A stretch of 35,286 nucleotides of DNA from Alphaproteobacteria bacterium (GTDB lineage: Bacteria > Pseudomonadota > Alphaproteobacteria > CAAGCB01 > CAG-977), in NCBI GenBank assembly GCA_021639925.1, contig JAJXEL010000003.1, positions 1-35,286 on the forward strand, read 5' to 3'. The notes under the pieces were generated by a model that saw only the letters and a program-made list of their open reading frames with translations, ran no database searches and was not told where the DNA came from. This document shows positions 25,794 through 34,337 of this stretch, piece after piece; the stretch's first letter is position 1; each line of letters opens with the position of its first letter. A program made the translations under genes and the position numbers.

Positions 25794-26000
25794 AGTTCAC
25801 CTTCTTGGGGCATTCCGGCCCTCTGTTTCTTTATTTCTTACACTTCCTCTATTTTTCATGATTCAGGATAACGGAGTTTTGAGCAGATGTCAATAATTTG
25901 TCTAATTTGTCCATGAAAAAATTATTAACAGTTTGTTTAGAAATAAATTTTCACGGGCGGGCATATTTTTATTTTCTGAAAAAGCGGCTGAAACTCTTTC

Positions 26001-26029
26001 TTGCGCTTTTTTTTGTGTCCCTGTAATAT
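26001..26029 (+). promoter_or_regulatory. Candidate sigma70-type promoter for the lipoprotein-hom-recJ unit
   Basis: TTGCGC (26001-26006), a 17-nt spacer, then TAATAT (26024-26029), about 40 nt upstream of ATG 26069. Confidence 0.3.
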
Positions 26030-26068
26030 CCTATGACAAGATATATTTGTTTTTTCGAGGGGGAAAAT

Positions 26069-26863
26069 ATGACGGCTTCTTCAGCGTTTATCCGGGGCGG
26101 CGCGGCGGTTCTGCTGGCGTTTCTGGGCGCTTGTTCTTCTGTCAGCGAAGAAGAAATTTACGGCTACGAAGAAAGTTTTATAATACCGCAGCCCGATATG
26201 GTTCCCGTAACGCCCGACGATAAACCGGGGCGTACGGTTGACGAAATGCTGGATTTAAAGCAGTCTGTAACGGTTAAAAAAGCCGTTTACAAGGAACCGG
26301 CCGAATCGGATCAGATGTACGAACACGCCGGACGTTTCGGGTCAAAGGAAAAAATAGCTCTGCGCAAGGGGTTGAATGCGCCCGATTCGGGAATTGTTTA
26401 CAGCTCCGGCAAACGCCGCGGCGCAGAAGTCGTCCGCCCGCTGGAATTAAAAGAACAGGAAAAAGATCCGCTGCTGGCCGTATCCGAAGAAGAAATGCTG
26501 GCCGAAATCATTGCTCCTAAAACGGAAGAAGTTGAAATGATCGAAGTTGTTTCTTCTGCCGGGGCAAAAGAAGAAACACCCCCCGCGCGGGAAGATATTC
26601 CGGCCGAACCCGCAGAACCCGCCGCGCCGGCGGTTATGCCGCTGATCGCGCTGCAGCCGCCTTTAGAAAAAACAGAGCCGGTATCGACGGCCGTAACGCT
26701 GAAAGCGCCGGAAACGCAGGAAAAAATGCCGCGGCTGTTTGTTCCCGAACCTTTGGTGCCTCCGGAACCGGCTGTTCGGCTGACTCCGCCCGGCGCCGGA
26801 AACGAAATTGTTTTAACGCCGCCGGCCGGCGAAGCGTCGGTTGAAATCTTTTTGGAAGAATAG
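26069..26863 (+). CDS. Pro/Glu-rich lipoprotein, function unknown
   Basis: ATG 26069 follows a GAGGGGGA RBS. Signal peptide with lipobox (AVLLAFLGAC|SS). The C-terminal half is low-complexity P/E/A-rich. Confidence 0.5.
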   Translation: MTASSAFIRGGAAVLLAFLGACSSVSEEEIYGYEESFIIPQPDMVPVTPDDKPGRTVDEMLDLKQSVTVKKAVYKEPAESDQMYEHAGRFGSKEKIALRKGLNAPDSGIVYSSGKRRGAEVVRPLELKEQEKDPLLAVSEEEMLAEIIAPKTEEVEMIEVVSSAGAKEETPPAREDIPAEPAEPAAPAVMPLIALQPPLEKTEPVSTAVTLKAPETQEKMPRLFVPEPLVPPEPAVRLTPPGAGNEIVLTPPAGEASVEIFLEE

Positions 26864-26870
26864 GTGAAAC

Positions 26871-28166
26871 ATGTCGGAAGTATTTAAAGTTGCCGTTGCC
26901 GGACTGGGAACCGTCGGCGGCGGTGTTGTCAGATTGCTGCGGGAACAACAAGACGTTTTGTTAAAACGCTGCGGCCGTCTGATTGAATTGACGGCGGTTG
27001 CCGATTTGAATCCTGACCGCGCCGCGGAATTAAATCTGTCCGCTTCGGTCGCTTTTTATCAAGACGCGCGCGAAATGGCCGAAAAAACGGACGCGGACGT
27101 TATTATTGAATTGATCGGCGGCGCGGACGGTATTGCGTACGAGCTGTGTTTGTCGGCTTTGAACCGGGACAAAAGCTTTATAACGGCGAACAAAGCGATG
27201 ATCGCGCACCATGGCAACGAACTGGCGCGTCTGGCGGAAGAACACGGCGTTTTTTTCGGTTATGAGGCTGCCGTCGCCGGCGGAATCCCGATTATCAAAG
27301 CGCTGCGCGAAGGGCTGGTCGGCAACAGGATTTCCGAAGTTTACGGGATTTTAAACGGCACGTGCAATTATATTTTGACAATGATGCGCGAAACGGGCCG
27401 GCCGTTCGGCGACGTGCTGGCGGACGCGCAGAAACTGGGATATGCCGAAGCGGATCCGAGCTTTGACATCGACGGGATTGATACGGCTCATAAAACGTGC
27501 ATACTGGGGGCTTTGGCTTTCGGCATGCCGATTGATTTGCAGGCGTTAAGCGTTGAAGGAATCCGCTTTATTACGGACGCGGATATCGCGTTTGCCGAAG
27601 AACTGGGCTTCAGAATCAAGCTTTTGGGGGTCGGCCGGCGTTATGACAACGGCGTTTCTTTAAACGTTTATCCGTGCATGATTCCGCAAACGGCGGAAAT
27701 AGCTCATGTCGACGGCGTATTTAACGCGGTGATTACCGAAGGCGATTTCGTCGGCCATTCAATGTTTGTCGGGCGCGGCGCGGGGGAACGTCCCACGGCT
27801 TCGGCCGTTGTCGCCGATATCGCGGACGCGGCGATGCGGCGCGGTCTGCCGTTGCTGACCGTGGCGAACAAAGAAATCAAACCGGAACCGGTCGTTTCTC
27901 TGGCGCGGCGCGAAGGGGAATATTATGTCCGTTTCGAAGTCCGGGATCAGCCCGGCGTCGTCGCGGATATCGCACGGATTTTGGGCAACGAAAACGTTTC
28001 GATCGCTTCGATGATTCAACGCGGCCGGGCGCAGGGCGGAACCGTGCCGTTGATTATGACGTTTCATAAATCGAAAGAAAGCGCGGTGACGGCGGCGCTG
28101 GCTGAAATAGAGCGGCTGGACTGCGTTTTGGATAAGCCTTGCATGATCAGGATTGAACGGTTGTAA
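26871..28166 (+). CDS. hom: Homoserine dehydrogenase
   Basis: NAD-binding motif KVAVAGLGTVGGGV, plus GILNGTCNYIL and EADPSFDIDGIDTAHK. C-terminal ACT domain (YYVRFEVRDQPGVVADIARIL). Confidence 0.9.
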   Translation: MSEVFKVAVAGLGTVGGGVVRLLREQQDVLLKRCGRLIELTAVADLNPDRAAELNLSASVAFYQDAREMAEKTDADVIIELIGGADGIAYELCLSALNRDKSFITANKAMIAHHGNELARLAEEHGVFFGYEAAVAGGIPIIKALREGLVGNRISEVYGILNGTCNYILTMMRETGRPFGDVLADAQKLGYAEADPSFDIDGIDTAHKTCILGALAFGMPIDLQALSVEGIRFITDADIAFAEELGFRIKLLGVGRRYDNGVSLNVYPCMIPQTAEIAHVDGVFNAVITEGDFVGHSMFVGRGAGERPTASAVVADIADAAMRRGLPLLTVANKEIKPEPVVSLARREGEYYVRFEVRDQPGVVADIARILGNENVSIASMIQRGRAQGGTVPLIMTFHKSKESAVTAALAEIERLDCVLDKPCMIRIERL

Positions 28167-28167
28167 G

Positions 28168-29943
28168 ATGGAACGAAATGCGGTTTTAGGGGTTGAAAGT
28201 TCTTTAACGTCACAGTTTTGGGCGGCGCGCGAAGCCGTGCCGGAAACGGTTGAAGCCATTGCGCGCGCGGCAAACGTGCCCGAAGTCGTCGCGCGTCTGC
28301 TGGCCGTGCGCCATGTCGCGCCGGAAAACGTGTCGTTTTTTCTGGCTCCGTCTTTCAGGAATCATTTGCCGGACCCGTATATTCTGCGCGATATGGAAAA
28401 GGCCGCCGAACGTATTGCCAAAGCCGTTATAAACGGCGAAAAGATCGGCGTTTTCGGGGATTATGACGTTGACGGCGCCACGTCCAGCGCCGTTATGGTT
28501 CAGTTTTTAAAAATGTTGGGCGCCGACGTTGTCGCGCGTATTCCCGAACGCGAAGAAGGATACGGCCCAAGCGACAAAGCCATGCGTGAATTCATTGACG
28601 CCGGCGTTTCACTGGCCATAACCGTTGACTGCGGCACGACGGCTTTTGAACCGCTGGGGTTTTTAACGAAACAGGGCAGGGACGTTATTGTTATTGATCA
28701 TCATGAACCTGACGTGACTTTGCCTGACGTTTATGCCGTCGTTAATCCGAAACGGCTGGACGAACCCGCGGACAATCCCTGCCGCCAAATGGCTGCCGTC
28801 GGCGTTGTTTTCATGACGATTGTCGCCGTCAACCGGCTGTTGCGCGAAAAGGGTTTTTATACGGGCAGAACCGAACCGAATTTAATGCAGTTTCTGGATC
28901 TGGTCGCGCTGGGAACCGTGTGCGATGTTGTCGCTTTGCGGGGATTAAACCGGCTGTTTGTCAAATCGGGGCTGAATGCGATGGCTCAGCGGAAAAACAA
29001 AGGGCTGTGCGTTCTCAGCGATCTGGCGAACATCAAGGAAAAACCGTCGGCGTATCATCTGGGGTTTGTTATCGGGCCGCGGTTAAACGCGTGCGGAAGA
29101 ATCGGCGACGCTTCTTTGGGAATGAAGCTGCTATGTGCCGCCGATGAAAACGAAGCGGCGGAAATAGCCAAGCGTCTGGACGAACTGAACACGATCCGCC
29201 GCCAGATGTGCGAAGAAATTTATAAACAGGCCATTGCGCAGATCGAACGTGCGCAAACTCAGGACAATATCGCTTTTGTTTACGGCAAAGACTGGCATGC
29301 CGGCGTTGTCGGCATTATTGCCGGCCGGCTGAAAGAACGCTATAATATGCCGTCTTTGGTGATGTCGCAGGAAGGCGACGAACTGCGCGGTTCGGGCCGT
29401 TCGGTCGCCGGCGCCGATCTGGGCGCGGCCGTTTTGGCGGCAAAGGAAAAAGGCATTTTGACAACGGGCGGCGGCCATGCCATGGCGGCGGGATTTTCGT
29501 TAAAGACGGAAAAGGCCGATGAATTTAAAAGCTTTTTGATTGATTATTTTGAAACGCATAAACAAGGACCGGAACACCCGGCCGATTACCCGATTGATTC
29601 CGTCGTTGATATCGGCGCTGTTTCGGGCCGGCTGCTGGAAACGTTAAACGCCATGGAACCGTTCGGCGAAGGCAACCCCGAACCGCGCTTTGCCATTCCC
29701 GACGTCGCCGTTTCTTCCGTGCGCGTCGTGGGGGCGGGGCATGTATCCTGTTCGTTTGTCGGTCGCAACGGAAAAAACCGGCTGCGCGCGATTGCGTTTC
29801 GCGCGGCGGATTCGATTATCGGGTGTTCTTTGCTGAACCATAAAGGGGCTTTGTTCCATGCCGCAGGCTATATTCGTCCCGATACTTTTCGCGGCGGGGA
29901 TAATGTCCAGTTCATTATTGAAGATCTGGCGGCGGCCGTATAA
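28168..29943 (+). CDS. recJ: Single-stranded-DNA-specific exonuclease RecJ
   Basis: Motifs GDYDVDGATS, ITVDCG, VIDHHEP (DHH) and GGGHAMAAGFS (DHHA1). ATG 28168 lies 1 nt after the hom stop. Confidence 0.9.
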   Translation: MERNAVLGVESSLTSQFWAAREAVPETVEAIARAANVPEVVARLLAVRHVAPENVSFFLAPSFRNHLPDPYILRDMEKAAERIAKAVINGEKIGVFGDYDVDGATSSAVMVQFLKMLGADVVARIPEREEGYGPSDKAMREFIDAGVSLAITVDCGTTAFEPLGFLTKQGRDVIVIDHHEPDVTLPDVYAVVNPKRLDEPADNPCRQMAAVGVVFMTIVAVNRLLREKGFYTGRTEPNLMQFLDLVALGTVCDVVALRGLNRLFVKSGLNAMAQRKNKGLCVLSDLANIKEKPSAYHLGFVIGPRLNACGRIGDASLGMKLLCAADENEAAEIAKRLDELNTIRRQMCEEIYKQAIAQIERAQTQDNIAFVYGKDWHAGVVGIIAGRLKERYNMPSLVMSQEGDELRGSGRSVAGADLGAAVLAAKEKGILTTGGGHAMAAGFSLKTEKADEFKSFLIDYFETHKQGPEHPADYPIDSVVDIGAVSGRLLETLNAMEPFGEGNPEPRFAIPDVAVSSVRVVGAGHVSCSFVGRNGKNRLRAIAFRAADSIIGCSLLNHKGALFHAAGYIRPDTFRGGDNVQFIIEDLAAAV

Positions 29944-29976
29944 ACAGCTTTCCTTTACCGGAGTCCGGAGAAAATC

Positions 29977-31737
29977 ATGCGTCGTTTTATTTTCATCTGT
30001 CTGTGCATTGTTTTTGCCGTTTTAATGACGCGCCGGTTTTATCTGCGCGGTAATGTCCTCGAATCTTTAAAGAACGACCGCGGATCTGTTTTTCTTTACT
30101 TTCCCGATGCGGCCCGCAGTGCGGTAAAAGTTCTGTCGGCCGAAGGGATCGCGTTGGAAAAAAGGCTGCCGCACTGTCAGGCCGAAGATTCAAAATGCCT
30201 GCTGTTTACGATTAATACGGAACTGTTTTTTCAAAAGGCCGAAATCCGTATTCAGTCCGCTCAGACCGGTCCGGCGGAAATTGTGTTTATGGGGCCTTTG
30301 TCCGAAAAACTGAAACAGCGCCGGATAGAAGTCGATTTTAAAAATTTTTATTTGGACGGAACGCCCGTTTTTCATCATATAGAAACCGGTTGGCGACATT
30401 TCCCGGTTGTTTACGGATTTAATGTGGAAAAAGACAGACCCGTATCGATATCGTTTGAATACCGCAGGCATTTGCCGGCCGGCGAAAACATTGACTGGCT
30501 GTTGTTAATGACGATTGCCGTTGCCGCGGGATTGATCGCAGGACGGGCGGAACCGTTCTTTTTCGGTTTTGTCCGGCGGATTTATGCAAACGGCACGATA
30601 GGGCGGAAAATTTTTCTGACTTTGTTCTTTGTGATTTTGTGCGTACCGGGATTGCGCATTAATCATGAAGACAGATCCTTTTTGGAAAACAGAGGGTTAA
30701 GGCCGAAACCCAATTTGATCATGCGCGGTAAAAACGGCGAAAACGGATTGTTTTTGAAATACGGTCAATATTTTGATTTTTGGTTTAACGATCGTTTTTT
30801 CGGGCGGCTGGAAGCCCTTTCTTTTTATCATTTTTTGCAGAAACATCTGCGTTTTCGCCTGAAAACGCCGAAAGCTTTTGTCGGAAAAGACAAAGATATT
30901 TTTCAAACGCGGGATACGGAAATTTTCAATGCCGCCTATATTGCACGGTTGAAAAAATATTTTAACCGTTATGCCCGGAATTTGAAAAAAATGAGGCTTT
31001 GGGCGGAAAAAAACAATATTAAAATGTATCTGGTTATCGTTCCCGTCAAAGAAAGCGTTTTGTATGACCGGCTGGGCAAAGGCGTTCCCGGCGATACGCG
31101 GGAATATGACCGCTGGGTTAAAAAGCTGGCGCGTAAATCCGGCGTAAATATTATTTATCCGAAAGAAAAACTGATACAAAAAGCAAAAACGGCTGAAGAT
31201 CTGATATTTTTCAAACAGGATCATCATTATACCGAATACGGTTTTTTCTTTATTTACCGGGAGCTGATGAAACAAATAAAACGCGATTTTCCGGATATTC
31301 CCGTGTTGTCGGAAAAAGATTTTTCCGTTTCTTATGATGACCGCGTGCGCCACGGGTACGATTTGCGCGAATGGCAGAAATTATCCCATTTGTGTACAAC
31401 GCTGATGATTTTTAATCAGGAAGAATGTCACAGCTATGCCCGCCCGTACCGGTATTATCAGTATCGTCATGTGGAAAAAGTGCGGATAAAAAGAATAAAC
31501 GAAAAGATTACCCGTTATTTTAATCCGGACGGCAGATACGGTCTGTATATTCTGGGGACTTCCCATGTCAATCAGCTGGCTTCGATCATGCCGTTTGCTT
31601 TTAATCGCGCGGTCAAAGAAGTCGGAGAAGACAGAGATATAACGAAAAATAACGTTCTGCCTTTTAAACCGGATATTCTGGTGCTGGTTTTGCAGTCAAC
31701 GGTTTTTGATAAGCTGGACAGGTTATTTAAGGAATAA
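29977..31737 (+). CDS. AlgX/AlgJ (DltD-like) polysaccharide O-acetyltransferase-family protein with an extra membrane-anchored N-terminal domain of about 220 aa
   Basis: The C-terminal half carries FLENRGLRPKP...FDFWFNDRFFGR and FKQDHHYTEYG, which matches the D-x-H-W/Y signature of AlgJ/AlgX SGNH-like acetyltransferases. It sits immediately upstream of an MBOAT gene. TM segments are at the N-terminus and around aa 175-225. Confidence 0.55.
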   Translation: MRRFIFICLCIVFAVLMTRRFYLRGNVLESLKNDRGSVFLYFPDAARSAVKVLSAEGIALEKRLPHCQAEDSKCLLFTINTELFFQKAEIRIQSAQTGPAEIVFMGPLSEKLKQRRIEVDFKNFYLDGTPVFHHIETGWRHFPVVYGFNVEKDRPVSISFEYRRHLPAGENIDWLLLMTIAVAAGLIAGRAEPFFFGFVRRIYANGTIGRKIFLTLFFVILCVPGLRINHEDRSFLENRGLRPKPNLIMRGKNGENGLFLKYGQYFDFWFNDRFFGRLEALSFYHFLQKHLRFRLKTPKAFVGKDKDIFQTRDTEIFNAAYIARLKKYFNRYARNLKKMRLWAEKNNIKMYLVIVPVKESVLYDRLGKGVPGDTREYDRWVKKLARKSGVNIIYPKEKLIQKAKTAEDLIFFKQDHHYTEYGFFFIYRELMKQIKRDFPDIPVLSEKDFSVSYDDRVRHGYDLREWQKLSHLCTTLMIFNQEECHSYARPYRYYQYRHVEKVRIKRINEKITRYFNPDGRYGLYILGTSHVNQLASIMPFAFNRAVKEVGEDRDITKNNVLPFKPDILVLVLQSTVFDKLDRLFKE

Positions 31738-31741
31738 AAAA

Positions 31742-33133
31742 ATGCTTTTTTCTTCAATGACTTTTTTGTTTCTGTTCCTGCCGGCCGTCTGCGCTGTTTA
31801 TTATCTGGTTCCGAAACGGTTGAAAAACGACGTTCTGCTGGCGTCCAGCTTTTTCTTTTACGCGTGGGGCGAACCGCATTACGTTTTCATTATGATCTTG
31901 TCGGTTTTTATCAATTATGCCGGCGCGCTGCTGATTGAAAAAACGAATTTTAAAAAGCTCTTTTTGGCTTTGACCATACTCTTAAACCTGGGATTTCTGG
32001 GATATTTTAAATACTTTAATTTCCTGGCTGAAAACATTAATCTGCTGCTGCGCCGTGATATTGATCCGCTGAAAATCATTATGCCGATCGGTATTTCTTT
32101 TTATACGTTTCAAGCGATGTCGTATGTGATTGACGTTTACCGTAAAACGGCGCCGGCGCAAAAAAACATATATAATCTGGCATTATATATCGTTTTGTTT
32201 CCGCAGCTGGTAGCCGGGCCGATTGTCAAATATCACGATATCGCCGCCCAAATCGACGGCAGGGAAGAGGATATTGATAAAGTATACCGCGGTATTCTGC
32301 GGTTTATCGGCGGACTGGCGAAAAAAGTGATGATTGCCAATACGCTGGGCGCCGTGGCTGATGAAATTTTTGCCGCAGATCTGCAATATATTTCCGTTTT
32401 CCTGGCCTGGATCGGGGCGTTGGCCTATATGTTCCAGATTTATTTTGATTTCAGCGGATATTCCGATATGGCGATCGGACTGTGTCTGGTTTTCGGATTT
32501 AAAATTCCCGAAAACTTTAATTATCCGTACATATCAAAATCTATTACGGAATTTTGGCGGCGCTGGCATATTTCATTGTCAACGTGGTTTAAACAGTATC
32601 TGTATATTCCTTTGGGCGGCAACCGGATATCCAAAGCCAGGACAGCCGTCAACCTGATGATTGTCTTTCTGGTAACCGGATTTTGGCACGGCGCCAGCTG
32701 GAACTTTATTTTATGGGGATTCTGGCACGGCTGCTTCATTGTTATTGAAAAACTGAGCGGACTGAATACCGAAAAACCGGGAATCTTCAGAAACGCTTTG
32801 CTGCGGGGGTATGCGATGCTGGTCGTCGTGCTCGGCTGGGTGATGTTCAGGGCGGACACGTTGCCTGCCGCCGCGGCTTATTTCAAAAAGATGTTCGGCC
32901 TGATCCCCGATAAATATGCCGCCCTGAATCCGGTTTATTATGTTGACGGACAAGAACTGCTGGCTTTTGCCTTCGCAGTTTTGCTGTCAACGCCTGCCGC
33001 GCGGAATTTTTTTGACACGCGGGGAAAATACCGTTCGGCCGCCGTTCAGATCGTTATGCTGGTTTTGTTCCTGATTTCGGCGTCGATGATTGCCGCCGGG
33101 ACATATAATCCGTTTATTTATTTCCGGTTTTAA
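31742..33133 (+). CDS. MBOAT-family membrane O-acyltransferase (AlgI/DltB-like)
   Basis: Motifs FWRRWHISLSTWFKQYLYIPLGGNR and FLVTGFWHGASWNF in a polytopic protein. I chose ATG 31742 (MLFSSMTFLFLFLP...) rather than the track start at 31706. Confidence 0.85.
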   Translation: MLFSSMTFLFLFLPAVCAVYYLVPKRLKNDVLLASSFFFYAWGEPHYVFIMILSVFINYAGALLIEKTNFKKLFLALTILLNLGFLGYFKYFNFLAENINLLLRRDIDPLKIIMPIGISFYTFQAMSYVIDVYRKTAPAQKNIYNLALYIVLFPQLVAGPIVKYHDIAAQIDGREEDIDKVYRGILRFIGGLAKKVMIANTLGAVADEIFAADLQYISVFLAWIGALAYMFQIYFDFSGYSDMAIGLCLVFGFKIPENFNYPYISKSITEFWRRWHISLSTWFKQYLYIPLGGNRISKARTAVNLMIVFLVTGFWHGASWNFILWGFWHGCFIVIEKLSGLNTEKPGIFRNALLRGYAMLVVVLGWVMFRADTLPAAAAYFKKMFGLIPDKYAALNPVYYVDGQELLAFAFAVLLSTPAARNFFDTRGKYRSAAVQIVMLVLFLISASMIAAGTYNPFIYFRF

Positions 33134-33134
33134 A

Positions 33135-34247
33135 TCAGTTGATCGGAATGATCCGTTCATATGTTTTATGTTCGTCAACGCCTTGCAGCACGACGCCGTC
33201 AAACCCCAGGTCCATAATGCTTTTGAAATATATTCCCAGTATGCGTTTCCAGGCGGGATTCCAGTAATCGACGATGATGCCCGCCGGGTTTGTTTTTGAT
33301 TGAAAACGCAGCCATGCGGGGTCGCGCAGTTTCCAGCCGTGTTCCCAGTAAAGGCGCGTGTCTTCGGCGACGGCGACGTTTAAAACGGCGAATACCAGCC
33401 GTCTGGCGCCGATTTTTTTTGCCTGGATTTCTTTGACTTCTTCTTTGGTCAGAGGAATATTGGATTTAAAGAAAGGCTCTATAATCAACAGATCGTAATT
33501 TGTATCCCCCAGCGCTTTGATCCATAAATCCTTGTCCGTAAAGTTTCTGGTGTTGGTCATGATCAGCATATTGCGGACTTTTGCCAGAGAATCAATATTG
33601 TCCGGGTTTTCCAAAAACAGCTCTGTTTGCGCCGGGATACGGTCAAAGGCTGCTTTTTTGTCCGTGTCGGCGTGGACGGGGATTTTTTTCTTTGCCAAAG
33701 CCAGGACGGCGTTTTCCCGTTCTTTTTCAGAAGCGCAGTGTTCCGCGCCGATAACGGACAATCCGTAATCTTTGACGATTTTTTCAACGCCCGGCGACAA
33801 CCTGCCCGTTTCACCGGCGCAGATCTGGTTTGCCGCCAGCAATCCGTTGACCGCCATAATATACCTGCGGACCGGCGCCCCGGCCGGAACCGGGTGTTCC
33901 GGAGAAAATAACTTTAATAAAAAACGTTCGTCGTCCGTCTGCGCCCCCGCCATTTCGGCGCGGTGCAAATCGTCCAGGTCGTTTTCCCACTGGCCGCGGG
34001 TCAGCAAATCCTGCCCGCCGTCCAAGATGATTTGAAACTCCGGACGGTTTTCGCGCGCATACTGCCCCAGCGCCACAATAACGTCGCGCATCATTTCCCG
34101 GTAATTGGGAATATAAGCGGCTTCGATTTTAAAGCGTTCTTCCAGCGGATCAAAATCTTCGGGAATCTGCGCGGATTCCTGGGCGTTTACCGCGCTCAGC
34201 ACCGCAAAAATCAAACCGATTGCGCAAAAATATGCTCTTTTGACCAT
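33135..34247 (-). CDS. Secreted GH114 / TM1410-like putative glycoside hydrolase (endo-alpha-1,4-polygalactosaminidase family)
   Basis: Signal peptide MVKRAYFCAIGLIFAVLSAVNA. The family pattern reads LNVAVAEDTRLYWEHGW, IIVDYWNPAWKRIL and LGFDGVVLQGVD. It is convergent with the MBOAT gene, with a 1-nt gap. Confidence 0.55.
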   Translation of the reverse strand: MVKRAYFCAIGLIFAVLSAVNAQESAQIPEDFDPLEERFKIEAAYIPNYREMMRDVIVALGQYARENRPEFQIILDGGQDLLTRGQWENDLDDLHRAEMAGAQTDDERFLLKLFSPEHPVPAGAPVRRYIMAVNGLLAANQICAGETGRLSPGVEKIVKDYGLSVIGAEHCASEKERENAVLALAKKKIPVHADTDKKAAFDRIPAQTELFLENPDNIDSLAKVRNMLIMTNTRNFTDKDLWIKALGDTNYDLLIIEPFFKSNIPLTKEEVKEIQAKKIGARRLVFAVLNVAVAEDTRLYWEHGWKLRDPAWLRFQSKTNPAGIIVDYWNPAWKRILGIYFKSIMDLGFDGVVLQGVDEHKTYERIIPIN

Positions 34248-34337
34248 AAAAGATTACTTTCTTAATGTTTTTTTTCCTTAATTTTAGGTATTCTATTTTA
34301 AATTCATTTGAAATTCATTAACAAAAAGAAGGGTAAA

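Noticed and set aside
25933-26223. 96-aa plus-strand ORF in the add/lipoprotein intergenic region.
   Set aside because: It overlaps the candidate promoter and the better-supported lipoprotein frame (RBS, signal peptide, lipobox). Its product has low-complexity, non-protein-like composition.
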